Below the pieces are notes generated by a model. It was not told the DNA's origin and ran no database searches. It worked only from the letters and a program-made list of their open reading frames with translations. A stretch of DNA of 64,000 nt from Antedon mediterranea (taxonomy: Eukaryota > Animalia > Echinodermata), in contig NC_092679.1 in assembly GCF_964355755.1 (NCBI RefSeq), forward strand, positions 5,796,201 through 5,860,200. The letters are read 5' to 3'. Below, piece after piece: positions 49,786-63,600 of the stretch. Position 1 is the first letter of the stretch, and every line of letters begins with the position of its first letter. Made by a program: the position numbers and the translations under genes.

Positions 49786-52679
49786 ATGGGTACATCTAGA
49801 TCTTGTATACGAAACAAAGCCCAAGATATCATAATTGCACCGGACCCGCATAATATGGCAACACTCAACATGTCACAAATTGATAGCAAAATAGACAGTG
49901 GCATTTCACAAAATGACACCATAAATCTGCAGAAAGAAATTGTAAGCAGAAAAGGTCCAGACGTTGAAATAAAGAATTCAGATGATAAAACACAAACTAA
50001 TGTAGTTACCGAACCTGTACATGTTCCACAACGGCAGAAATATGTCAACAACAGGACCTCCAAGTTGTGTGAGCTCACCCTACCAGTTCATAAAAATGAA
50101 GTGTTACCTGAAGACAAAAAAGTACTGAACGAGCAAAAATCGAAACTTGAAACAGCGCTAAGTTCTCTTAAAATAGTTGATAATTTAGTCAATGACGAAG
50201 TTTTAGAAAGTTTAAATACCTGCAGAAATGTTTATATGGAGCCAACTATTCATTTGTACCGTCATATGCTTGGAAAACAGTTATGTGAACAAGGATTTCC
50301 AGAACTTTTTTGCAGCTTTTTGGCTAAACTTCAGAAGATAGACCTCTTTGACCCAAAGAACAAACTTGCAGCAGATATATATCAGAAAACGAAAGCTGTT
50401 GCTTGGAATTTCACAAATGTTTCAAGAGATTTCTGTATTGAACTGGGCAAAGCTGGTGCGATTTCATTATTGTTGGACAATTTAACACGGAAGGAATTCC
50501 TTCCATCAGAGATTACTGAACAATATGAGAAGCATATGAAAGGATGTTTAGGAATATTGAGTAACATGGTGCGACTCTCACCGAACAATAGATTGATAGC
50601 ACGAGAGAGTAATGCAGTGAAGCTTCTTCTTGACTATTCAAAAGTGGAATTTATTATGCTACAGGCAAAATGCTTCATCATCTTGTCGTTTCTTATAACT
50701 GAAGCAGAGATAACCCTTCTGGAGAACACTGGTAGCGTCATTAGATTTATTATAAATCTTCTGTCTAACTCTCTTACGTCAGAAAAGGGTCTTGCACGGG
50801 GATTCAGTACGTCTGAAATTCTATTAGCTTTAAACAATCTAGCACTACACGACAAAAACAAACTGAAAATTGTGGAATATGGAGGCCTAGCTCAGATAGC
50901 AATAGCCCTAAAATTACAGCAGCAGACTAATAACAAATCGGCAATACAAACACTGGCGGCGGAATTGACGTGGAAATTATCTTTTATGGAAGAAAATCGA
51001 GAGAACATTAAAACAGAGAAGGGTCTCATTGAAGGTAAGTTGGAGTTGGTTGTTTCTCAGTTGTATGATGATATTCCAATTCATTTCACCTTCCATCATT
51101 CTCTGGGGGAGGCGTTGTAATTATTGGTAACGTTTTCTATATAAATTATTGTTTAGCAATTACTCTTCTGAAGTCTTCGGCGCATGGTAAACTTAAAACA
51201 GCATGTTCCGGAGCCTTATGGGAAACATTCGAAGGTATATTTGAAGAAGCAGACGATTCATCTGATGAGCAGCAACAGACGACACATTTGAAGAAAGTGC
51301 CCCACGTGATGATTAGCTACCAATGGGATGTCCAGCCAAGAATTATCCAATTGAAGCAGAAACTTCAAAATGCTGGTTATAATGTTTGGATGGATATCGA
51401 CCAAATGGGTGAGATGGAATAGCAGGATCCCTTTTGACAGCTAAAATAAAATAATTAACTACATTTTGCTATATTTTGACAAACTATTGATATTGTCCCC
51501 ATTAAATTCATGAACACGCTATTGAATAATAGCAACGAAAACATACGTGCGCATGCGTATAATCGCAGTGCTCTTCTCGAAATATTTTTTTTACTGCAAT
51601 ATTTAACATTTTTTAGGCCTATGTAAACCCACCATGTTTTCGAAACTAGGTGCTAACATTTGAACGTATTATTTTTGTTTACAGAAGGTGATTTGTTAGG
51701 GGCAATGGCGTCTGCTGTTGAGAATGCAGTGGTTATGATAGCATGCATATCCCAAAAGTACAAGGACAGTACAAGTTGTCGAACAGGTTCGTGCTGCATT
51801 ATAAAGAAAGATATGTATTTATTAGTATGCATATTTCAAAAGCGTTAAATTTAGTTTGAATACTGGTAAGCAGAATAAAAAATTGATCTATCTTTTATTT
51901 AAATATATTCTTCACCAATATTTCTCATTTCAGAAGCAACATATGCTTATAAACAAAATAAACCAATTCTTCCGCTGATTGTGCAACACAATTATACGGC
52001 AGACGGATGGTTAGGAGCATTCATAGGTACTTTAAAATATTACCCTCTTTACAAAGATTCAATGGTTGCAACAGAATTCCAGAATATAAAAAGTGAGATT
52101 GGAGAACGGGGAAAAGTTAATTCGCCATGTAAAGGTAAATGTATTTTCAATACTGTTTTACACTAAGCAAGTACATTGACCAATTACAAGCAACTGCTGT
52201 TGGGATGATTTGTCACTTGTGATTGGTCAAAACTTTTTGCTATTCGTCCAACAATAGTAATTATATATGTTACATTGACTTCTGAAATGCGTTTACGCAC
52301 AACTATCTACTTCAGTCCATGGAATAGACTGAGTAAAATAAAAGTACTAATGTCCGTTTTGTTTTCTACAGATGTTTGTGGAGTTTGTACAACAGATTCT
52401 TCAACAATTCAACTACATTCTACACACAATGGTCCAGCTGGTCCAAGTGACGTTTCAAAATGGACATCAAAGCACGTCACTGATTGGTTGAAACGAAATA
52501 AAATGCCTGAAATATGTAATTCAATGAAAAATGTAAATGGAAAAATCCTAATACAGATGTATAAGATGTCAAATAAAGCTCCGGATTTTTTCTACAGCAG
52601 ACTAGAAAGAGATTTTAAAATGAACAATTTGATGCAAATATTGAAATTTTCGAACCTCATGGATGATTTATTTGAATAA
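49786..52679 (+). CDS. ARM/HEAT-repeat - TIR - SAM protein (SARM1-like domains in a different order)
   Basis: Exons 49786-51034, 51157-51408, 51685-51786, 51934-52134, 52372-52679, all joined by phase-1 introns. ARM-like helices (WNFTNVS, LGILSNM, LNNLALHDKNK, TWKLSF, SGALWE); TIR_2-type HVMISYQW..VWMDIDQM..AMASAVENA..CISQKYKDSTSCRTEATYA..PILPL..DGWLG; SAM-like WTSKHVTDWL..VNGKIL. Confidence 0.88.
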
Positions 52680-53264
52680 ATTATGTAAGATTTTAACCAA
52701 ATAACTGAGCGTCCACATCCACATTTTGTAGGTCTCCATGCCCAAGTGATTATATAAACCACTAGTGACATTGCAACAGACCAACTTAACTATTTTCAGC
52801 AAGGCAATTAATTTCCTTGGTTATGGCTACTTTTTAATCTATCTAAAAATAAAATATTCGGATTAGTTCACATTTTTTCAGACAATGTATTCCTTTCTCT
52901 AAACATACTCATTACATTTTTTATTTTTCTATAATGACATATTCATTCATCAGTCGATAAATGAAACATTGACACATTTGAAACTCAGATTGGTTCAGAA
53001 TTCTCCAAGATGAGGTTTATTGAAGTTTCTCCATCGTAGGTAGTTTATTGCGAGTTATTCATACCATGTCCAAGATAGACTGCATGTGCATATTTTGGAT
53101 ATTTTGTTCAAAAGTGTTACGTCACAAAATGGAAATGTTAAAGTGTACATTGTTCTTCTATTTTGCAATATATTATGCTTTTGGTAAGTTAGAAAAATAA
53201 TATTAATACCGACATCAACTAAGTAATATTTGGTTATGACAGATTCTAAAATAGAAATCAGAAA

Positions 53265-53400
53265 TAACAAGGCCATATACATGGCTGCAGTCGCGTACTT
53301 AAGTTAGTGTTGATCGACCAACCGACCGACCGAACAACCGACCGATTGAACAACCGACCGACATAGTGAGCTGTAGAGTCGCGTTGTACGCGTCTAAAAA
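53265..53400 (-). mobile_element. DINE-1/Helentron-like short element
   Basis: AACAAGGCCATATACATGGCTGCAGTCGCGT..(ACCG)n..GTCGCGTTGTACGCGTCTAAAA; a ~45-bp ends-only derivative sits at 10300-10346 in the opposite orientation. Confidence 0.55.
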
Positions 53401-53594
53401 TGTCGTTCAACATTACGACAGTATGCTTTCCATGCGAGTTTAACTGAAAAGACGAATGTGTCGTCTTTCACACCTTCGCCGGTCCGGCTCCGGCGAATAA
53501 AATTACATCTCAATGTTTCGTTTTCATTACTATTTCCACGCAAACCTGAACTGGAGGTGGAGCCGGAACCGAAGAATGTGTGATAGACGCTTAA

Positions 53595-53934
53595 AGATGT
53601 ATTGTCCCTCAAAAACATGAAATATAAAGATTAATAAAATTAGACTTTGAATAGATTTTTTGTGTTTTTAATAAAGTTAATCACTTCCGTAGAAAAACCC
53701 GGAAAAATTATTGTTTTCACTTATAAAATGACAAAATAAATGGTTAAATTCAACCAAAAACCTTTTGGCTGGCAGCCAATTTGACTATTTTTTGCTTTAA
53801 ATTACCGTTTTTTAGGTAAATACATTTTTTTTCAATCCAATTTTTGATCAAAGTGGATAACAATTAGGTAACATTAAAATATCATATTCAAAAAAAAAAA
53901 TTAAAATTATTTTTTTCAGGAGGACAATACATCT
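53595..53934. mobile_element. Kolobok-like MITE
   Basis: TTAA TSD on both sides; TIR AGATGTATTGTCC. Confidence 0.75.
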
Positions 53935-54650
53935 TTAATAAGTGGGAAACATTATTATTAGATTCTGGTAAGATCTTGTAATCTCAATTATGCTAAACAG
54001 TGCAAATGCTCCTGTGTTTAAAATGACTAAAGATGATTATTTTTTTTTAATTATTTTATCATTCAACAGCCACAACTATTTCGACCAGAATTGATAAATA
54101 AAAACACAATATAACAAATATATAAATGCTCTTACGATAATCAGAAACACCAAATAAGAAGGTTACAAACAGAAGAAAACAAGACCTATAAGCCCGGTAA
54201 TAGTAACATAGTAACATCTACCCATAACGGAGCAAAATAAATGTCGAAACTGCATTAAAATATAAATCGGATAAATTGTATTTTGGATCTTGTATCATTA
54301 TCTGAACTATCTTTCAAAGAGGAAAGGAGACGATAACATTTTTCCAGATATTAAATTGTAAAATATTAGATCTAAATATTATATATATATATTATATATA
54401 TTTGCTTAATATAACATATCAGTTATTTTCTATATTCCAAATTTTCTTATTCAGATTTATATTTCTCATGTAATTTATTTTATTTATTGGCTTTTGTTTT
54501 TCTTAAACTTTTCTGTTTTTGTTGTATTTTGTGTATTGTATCTGTTCTGACGGTCCCAAATGATCAGCAATTGCTGGATGGATTACCCTCATTAAATATT
54601 ATGGTTCAAATAAAAAAATAAAAATGTGTTATTATTTCTTTGTTTAATAG

Positions 54651-57600
54651 GCACTCAGTGCAATCTAAACCAGTTTCAGTGTGGACTTGGGAATTGTATA
54701 TCTGAAGGATACGTATGTAATGATCTATTTGATTGTGGTGATCTTAGTGATGAACGTGAATGCTGTAAGTATCTGTAGGCCTACTGCTTGGTTCCCACTG
54801 AAACACAACGCAAGTGAGCGTAACGTAAATAATTTGACCAATCACAACTAGTGGATTGTTGGAACTATGGCTTGTGATTGGTCAAATCACTTCTACTGCG
54901 CTTACGTCCTTGCGTTGTGTCCTATTGGGAACCAAACATAACTTATAGTTACACTAGATTTTTGTTTTCCATCGTTTACGTCAAATAAAAGCGAGCTTCC
55001 TTTATTAAGCGTGGTTCCCAATATAGACAGGTTCCATTTCTCAAAAAACGGCCTAGAAAACGAATCAAGAAGCATTTTTGGGTAGAAGCTGGGATCCACT
55101 TGATTTAGGATATTTCGACCTCGCTGATTTACGAATATGGCGGATCCCAAGCGAAATTCGGCCATCTAAGCCCTTAATTTGCATAATTAAAAATGGCGGC
55201 CATTTTTTATAATTACCCTATATATCGAGAACCACTAGTCACAGATAATTAATTTTGGTGTCAAAATGTTTTAAATATATGTTTTTTATATTCACTTTAA
55301 TGACACATTTTCTCAAAAATGGATGCAAGTCTTATTTCTGACATTTTGACCTTTGACCTTGATTTATCGTATCTCAGTAACCAATAATCGGAGAGACACG
55401 AAATAGGGCTCAAATTGTTCATAAACTATACATTTATATTTATTATAATGAAATGTTTTTACAAAAAATGGCCGATTCTACAACTATTGACCTTTGAACT
55501 ATTAGTCAAATATAATAATATAATAATAATATAACTTTGAAAATTGTGGTCTTATGAATTTTTGTTTCTTTTTAAATTGTTTAAAACATGTGTGTTTCTA
55601 TCCAGTCTAATTGCATATGTTGTACAAGAATGGCCGATAGTATGGTTATTGACCTTTTAACTACAGCATAGGCCTACTGTATACTAAATATAATATAATT
55701 GCATAACTATGAAATTATTTATACACAATAATAATTAGTAAAATTATAAAATTCACTGCCATCAAATATGATGTGTTATGATTTATATAGATTTTTAAAA
55801 AAAATTTGAATACGCATTAAGTTACATTTGTTGAAATTTGAAATTACCTGCCATCAATATGATGGAGTATGATTATAGATTTTCTAAAATGTGAACATGT
55901 CGGCTACATTTGGAAATTACCTGCCATCAATATGATGGATTATGATTATAGATTTAAAAAAGAATTTGAACACGTAAGCTACATTTGAAAATTACCTGCC
56001 ATCAATATGATGGATTATGATTATAGATTTTAAAAAGAATTTGAACACGTCAGCTACATTTGAAAATAATAGCGACGCAACGTAACGCAACCTACGTAAC
56101 CCTAAAATACCCTTCCAATACTTGTGTTTTCCTCCGCCTTCTGCGTGAAATCAACCTGCAATGTTTGCAGCACTGTTGCGTCATCGGTGATTACGAAATA
56201 CAGCACTTTGCCTCAATACATTGTTTCGTTCTAGTGGGAACCAAGCCTAATAATATACTGTATGACTCAAGCGTATTAACGACTTTACAGTTGTTCATCT
56301 TCTACAAAATTTCTCGTAATATTTTTCTGAAACTCTGGAGTTGCTTGATTCAGTTTACTGAAATCCAATTTGACAGAACCCAGTTTTCCGAAAATCCAGC
56401 TTTCTTACTATTACTGTAGCCACAGGCCCCTAGCTTGGTTCCCACTAGGTACGGTATTAAACTAATACAGCATCTGCATTAAACATTCAAAGTATTATGT
56501 TACAATGTTTGGAAATATATTTACGATTTAAAATTTTGATAATTAAACTCAGCACACTTTGATACAGCAGTGCATTCCCATTCCAAAACCGGCAACAATG
56601 GACTCTAAAAGGGTTTTACAATGGACTTGATTTTGGCCGTGTTTCCGCAGCCAAACATGAACCGATGATTAACCGATAAAGTTCCGGTTCAAACGGCGTT
56701 TAACGGATTCCCACTCGAGAAAAATCAACCTAATTATCTCATTAAAGTCAGACAATTATAGAATAATGTTCAACCTTTGACCTGAAGGAAAAATTGTTGC
56801 GTTGTGATTTTGCACTTGGTTGTTCGGTGATGTTTGCACATGCGCACATTTTTTTTTTAAATACCGATAATTTTGTTATGGCTGCGGAAACTGGATTTGG
56901 CACACCGACACCAACCCGTTCGAACCGGGACACAAGAATAATATGATGTAGATATATCATATTTTCACAGCTCACCACGTGTGTAATGAGCAACAATTCA
57001 AATGTGCAGGTCATGACAAATGTGTTCACAAACAATCAATATGTGATCATCAATTTCTTCATTGCTCTGATGGATCAGACGAGTCAAATTGCAGTATGTA
57101 ATTTATTTTATTTATTTTCACAAGGAAATTATTTAAGTAATTCTAGTTGGTTGAAGACCCCGCTTACTCACTTCTCTTTCTGCTGATTATGGAATAGCAA
57201 CTAGCAATATTTAAATCCTCATAATGTATTTTCCTTTTTAAAAATGTGTTTACAAACGATTACTTTAAGCTAACTTCTTATGTAGATGAAAGGTGTAATG
57301 AATTCCAATTTCAATGTTTAAATGGGCTCTGTGTGAAAAAAAACTTTGAATGTGATAGCTTCAATGACTGCGTTGACGGATCAGATGAAAAGAATTGTTG
57401 TAAGTTGATATGCTATCCACCCGATTATACAGCTACTATTTACATTGATACCCACTAAAAGTGTTTAGGTCGCTAGCTAAGTTCGTTAGATTTCTTAATT
57501 TACTTTTAACAATTTCTAATTCATTAATACTATATGCATCAGCAAAGATGTATGCTTTTAATGATTTTTAAAAGAATTAATTCTATAGTAGTAGTTGAGC

Positions 57601-60600
57601 ATCAACCGATAAAGCTCGCTTCCAAACGAGTAATGAAATACAACTTATCATTCCATCGGAAATTACTCGTATCAATAGGAGAATTATACAGATTATAGGA
57701 GCTTTTCTATTGATATCATTTAACATACTGTATATACGTACTACCGTCGTATCAATAGGAGAATCATACAGATTATAGGAGCTTTTCTATTGATATCATT
57801 TAACATACTGTATATACGTACTACCGTCGTATCAATAGGAGAATCATACAGATTATAGAAGCTTTTCTATTGATATCCTTTAACATACTGTATATACGTA
57901 CTACCGTCGTATCAATAGGAGAATCATACAGATTATACGAGCTTTTCTATTGATATCATTTAATACTGTATATACATACTACCGTCGTATCAATAGGAGA
58001 ATCATACAGATTATAGAAGCTTTTCTATTGTATCCTTTAACATACTGTATATACGTACTACCGTCGTATCAATAGGAGAATCATACAGATTATAGAAGCT
58101 TTTCTACGAACTACCGCCGTTGTAGCGTAAACAGCTTACGATAGAAGCTTTTACAGCTCTAGTCTTGTTTGTGAGCCTAAAAATGTGATTTGATAATGAA
58201 AATAGGATTTGTTCTAATTTATGTTTAGATTTCAATGAGTGCGATATATTTCAATTTCGTCTTATATCACGAGTACGATTTCGTCTTGTATCATAAGCAC
58301 GATGTATTTCATTTTCTTCTTATTATCATAATAATAATTGAATGAGATATTTCAATTTTGTCTTATGTGTAGATTACCATGAGTGCGATATATTTAAATT
58401 TAAATGTTTAAACGGACAATGCTTTGAAAATGCTGATAAAGTTACATGCGATGGCAACTCTGACTGTGCTGATAAATCCGATGAAATTAATTGCTGTAAG
58501 TTACCTAACTGTACTATAATTTTCGTTATTAACGCATATTAATATGTAAAGGAACATAAAAGAGCCACGAAGTAATGGATTGTTCCACGAGGCACGTCTA
58601 TTCATCCAACACGAACAAAGCATGAACGACACAATTCATAATGCGTTTGGTAGAAACTGTTGTAGTTGATGAAAAAGTTGTAAAAACCGGCTTTACTTTC
58701 GACACTTAGATCAACTCATAAATTATTTATAATTTAAGGTGGAATGAACAGTGGACATGGCTGCAATGATTTACAACTTCGATGTTTAAATGGCCAATGT
58801 GTTGCTGAAACATCACACGATAACTACACTGATCAATCTGATAAGACCCATTGTTGTGAGTAGTTACACTATGGTTAAGTTAATCATTTATCATCACGCA
58901 GTGTAATATTGTGTAACTATTTTTTTAATTCATAATTTAAGGTAGACAAAAATGGTATGAGTGCAATGAATTCCAATATCAATGTTCGGATGGGTTATGT
59001 ATTTCTGAAACCTTTGTATGTGATTACTACGATGACTGCACCGACGGATCAGATGAGATGAATTGTTGTAAGTTGATATCTTATCATCTCCTGCTTGCAT
59101 TAAGGAGCCATAATCATCATACACAATGTGCAACTTAAAGGCGGATCTGGTCCTTAACCATTTAAACATCGACATCAAGACAGCCACCAACATACAGAAG
59201 AGAGAACTAATTGTCTTGATGATGTACCGTAAATGTGTATAAAGCGACCTACATAACTTAAAATTTCTTTATTACAGCCGACTAAAATGATATAATGACC
59301 GCTTCACCTCAAATCTATTCATTGCAGATTTCAAAGGCGCAGACAATTCACCAAAGCAAATAACATCATCCACGAGTTTGGAACCAACAAATTCCGAAAG
59401 CACAGGCCAAGGAAATACAACTGAACCAACTAGAAGAAACGTTGCAGGTTACACATATGGTATAACCACAGATCTAGAAGATACTACCGATGGTACACTA
59501 GACGATACTACCGATGGTACAACCACAAATCTAAAAGATACCATCAATAGTACAACCACAAATCTAGAAGACAATACCGATGGTACAACCACAAATCTAA
59601 AAGATACCATTAATTGTACAACCCCAAATCTAGAAGACACTACCGATGGTACAACCACAAATCTAAAAGACACCATCAATGGTACAACCCCAAATCTAAA
59701 AGACACTACCGATGGTACAACCACAAATTTAAAAGATACCATCAATGGTACAACCCAAAATCTAAAAGACACTACCGATGGTACAACCACAAATCCAGAA
59801 GATACTACCGATGGTACAATTACCGATAACATCGACAGAATAGGCCCAGTAGTAACGACTGAATCAGCTATAACAAATACAGGTAACGTTGATTATAACA
59901 ACAACCACCAAAAAAGTATAATATAATATCTATGGTGAAATTCATTAGTTTTGACGTAATATTTTGTACAACAATACAGTAGACCTTGTATCAAGGATAC
60001 ATTTTCCGGGAAACATGGCTGTGGTTGGTTGTAATAATATTAAAAATAAAAACATAATATTATACCTCGTTCGTTTCATTGGAAATTTGCCCCTTAAATA
60101 GGATCAGGTTTCCAACAAAAGGAGTCCTAATTAATAATACAATCCATTTCAAGAGAATCATCATTGTAAGCACTTTAATCGCTTCTTGTCCGCAAATAAT
60201 ACGAATGTAATCACGATATGTCTAAAATTCAGATCATTCTTATTATAAATCTTGGATAATGTTTATTAATAATTGAATTCTGCTTTTTAGTTGAATATGA
60301 AGCTAAAACACCGGATTTCAAGACTATTGTCGTTGCCTCTAAATCGACCAGTGTCACGTTTTCAGTCACTGCTGCAGACGACACACAAGGTGGGTAGGCA
60401 CTCCGTTGTTCGCATTTTTTGTCTCGTTCTTTTTCACTCCGTCCATTATTGCTCACTCCAAACTTTAAGGTCGCTTTAAAGATATGGGCCAAGTATACCA
60501 ACGTTTCATAAAGGTTGTATTATTTACTTTTGTAGAGGGACCATACAGACTTGTTGCAAAATTGATAGATGTAGAAGAAATTAAGGAATGGGAAACTGTG

Positions 60601-63600
60601 TAAGTTTCACCATAGAGATATTATAGTGTACTATAATAATTATCTCTATGGTTTCACAGGCGCTTATTTACGGTTTGTGAAAGGTGTATCCTCACGATAC
60701 ATGTCAAGGCCATACACCCACCAACTATGGCTGGGATATGACACTCACAACCCCTATTTGTGGCATGTTATCCCAGTAGATCCAGAGTAAAATTGTCATA
60801 TTATACAAATCAGTCTAAAATAATGTGTAAATACAGTAGGACCCCATGTTGACCTTAAAGTTTGTTGCTCCTATTGTTGAGAAAACTACCACTGTCAGAA
60901 GATCGTTACCTTGGTTTGATGACGAGGCTAATGTGTTGAAGAAGCAACTTCGTCGTGCTGAGAAGACCTTACGGAAGTCTGCCACCGACGAAAATAGGTC
61001 AGCTTACAATGATCTACGCAATTCATACAAACGTTATCTTCGTTTAGCCAAGTACGAATTCATTAATGGTGCTATCAAAGAAGCTGGCAACAACTCAAAA
61101 AAGCTTTACAAGATCGTGTTTGAGCTCATTGGTAGACGTAAAAATAACCCACTTCCACCACATGAAACTGATAAACAGTTAGCAGACGACTTCATATCTT
61201 TCTTTATGGGCAAAATAGAGAAAATACGAGAGGAATTGGAACACTTCCCTTTGTATGAACAAGAACGGCTAATGGCAAATGAATTTATTGCATTTCAGGA
61301 AGTTAGCGAAGATGATGTTAGGAAGTTGATCATATGCGCAAAACCAACAACCTGCTCCACTGACCCCCTACCGTCGACACTGGTGAAACAGCATCTGGAT
61401 ACACTTCTACCACTTATTACAAGGATGATCAACAACTCGTTGTGTAACGTCGTATTTGCTCATAGATGGAAAATATCAGTTATAAAACCGCTTATAAAAA
61501 AGAAGGGTGTTGAATATATCTTCAGGAATTATAGGCCAGTAAGCAATCTGTCCTTCGTATCCAAGCTGGTTGAACGCGCATGCTTGAACCAATTCATAGC
61601 TTATGTTGAGAACAATACCTTATTACCGGCGTACCAATCTGCCTATCGGAAAGGTTTTAGCACAGAGACGGCTTTGGTTAAGTTAACCAATGACGTACTC
61701 TGGAATATGGAGCTGCAAAGGGTGTCTGCGCTGGTATGTATAGACTTGTCAGCAGCCTCCGACACAGTGAACCACGAAGTACTCCTCGACGTTTTGCAGA
61801 ACAAATTCGGAGTGGCCAATGCGGCATTGAACTGGTTTGATACTTACCTTCGTCCTCGATTTGCCAACGTAACAATCGGCGAAACTAACTCGGAGACAGC
61901 CAATTTGTCCTTCTCTGTACCTCAGGGTAGTATATGCGGTCCAGTTCTATACACCATATATGCCAGCACTTTACAAGATCATATCAGTAAGTTTGATATT
62001 TCTGTGATGGGATATGCCGATGATCACTCAGTGTATGATTCATTTAATCCAAATTCTAGTTCTAGTATGGAAAATACAATCACCAAATTACAAGAGTGCC
62101 TCATATCCATCAACGACTGGATGAAGTCCAACAGACTAAAAATGAACAGTGAAAAAACAGAGTTCATACTATTGGGAAGCAGAGCTCACCTCCTGAAATG
62201 CGAGAAAGATCATATCATCGTATGTCAGGACAGAATACCACGGGGTTCATCTGTAAAATACCTTGGTGTTAATATCGACGACCAGCTATCTTTCAAGAAC
62301 CACATACGTGATAAATGCAGAACGATAGCTGTTAATTTATACTATATTCGTCAAATCCGCAAATTTCTCTCCAAGGACCTTTGCCAACAACTAGTTCAAT
62401 CGCTCGTGCTGTCACATATTGATTACGCCAATGCATTGTATTATGGTCTACCTGCTAATACCCTTGCTCCAATGAAGAGGTTACTGCACCAAGCTGCGAA
62501 AATAATTGTCAGGAAAGGTCGGTATGACAGTGCAACTAACGCCATGCGATCCTTGCACTGGCTTCCGATGTCTCATAGATGTCAATTCAAAATAGCGTGT
62601 CTTGTATGGCGTTCGCTTAAAGGTTCCGCTCCAAGTTACCTGAGAGATATTCTTACTGTGCGGAATGTTTCTCGCAGTACTCGTTCAAGGACCAGCAATT
62701 ATAACCTGACAATCCCACGAACTAAACGAAAGACATTTGCTGACCGTTCGTTCGCCGTAGCAGGACCCAAAATTTGGAACAGATTACAAAGTCACATTAA
62801 ACACTTAGACGACTATAATCAGTTTAAAAAACATTTAAAAGCACTATATTTCAAACAATGTTACGATACTAATTGATGTGAAGCGCCGCTGATTATAATT
62901 AAATGTTGTATAAATGTGCGCTATACAAGTAATAATAATAATGTTGTGTTCTAAAGGCGTCCCATAGGATTCTACTGTAATCTCGAGCATCGGTATAGCA
63001 GCTGAATATTCGATATATGTTCGACATTTATGTACGCTTAGTAACAACAGTACATTTTATTTCTAGAGAAGGAGAATTTCTACCAAGAGCCTCGGCTATT
63101 GTGGACATCAATATTTACGACAAAGAGAACAAGACAATAAGTACTGAATACGAGATTGTGTTTACTAATATTACGGTAAGTTTTAATATTCGATTATTAT
63201 TTCACTGTTGTGCTACGGTTACTGAATTATATTGTATCAACTTCTTTATAGCACATTTAACATTCGAGATGTTTAATTACATTAAACGAAGACACGACAT
63301 ATCATTGAGATTGTACGATAATCATCTGGTTATATACCATTATGCTCTGTCTATACTATCAATTTTCGCATTTTGAATCCAATTTATTTATGCGATCAAT
63401 ACTAGTGTCAGAACATATATAAAAACAAGTTTAATATTATCAATTACATTTCTTTTAATTGTTAAGAATATGAATCCAGAAAATAAAAGGGGTGTAAAAT
63501 ATTTGCCAGTATGCCATTTTACTAACGATTATGGTCCAAAGACGTAAGTAAAGTTTTTTTTAATTTGCATATTTCCGGACTGCCGTATGTCATCTATCTA

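Noticed and set aside
49786-52679. Calling the TIR gene SARM1
   Set aside because: The domain order is ARM-TIR-SAM with a single SAM, and SARM1-specific TIR motifs (FISYRR, WVHKE) are absent.
59449-59832. Antisense and alternative-frame ORFs over the Thr repeat
   Set aside because: Shadow frames of a 33-bp coding repeat; only the Thr-rich frame matches the splice phases.
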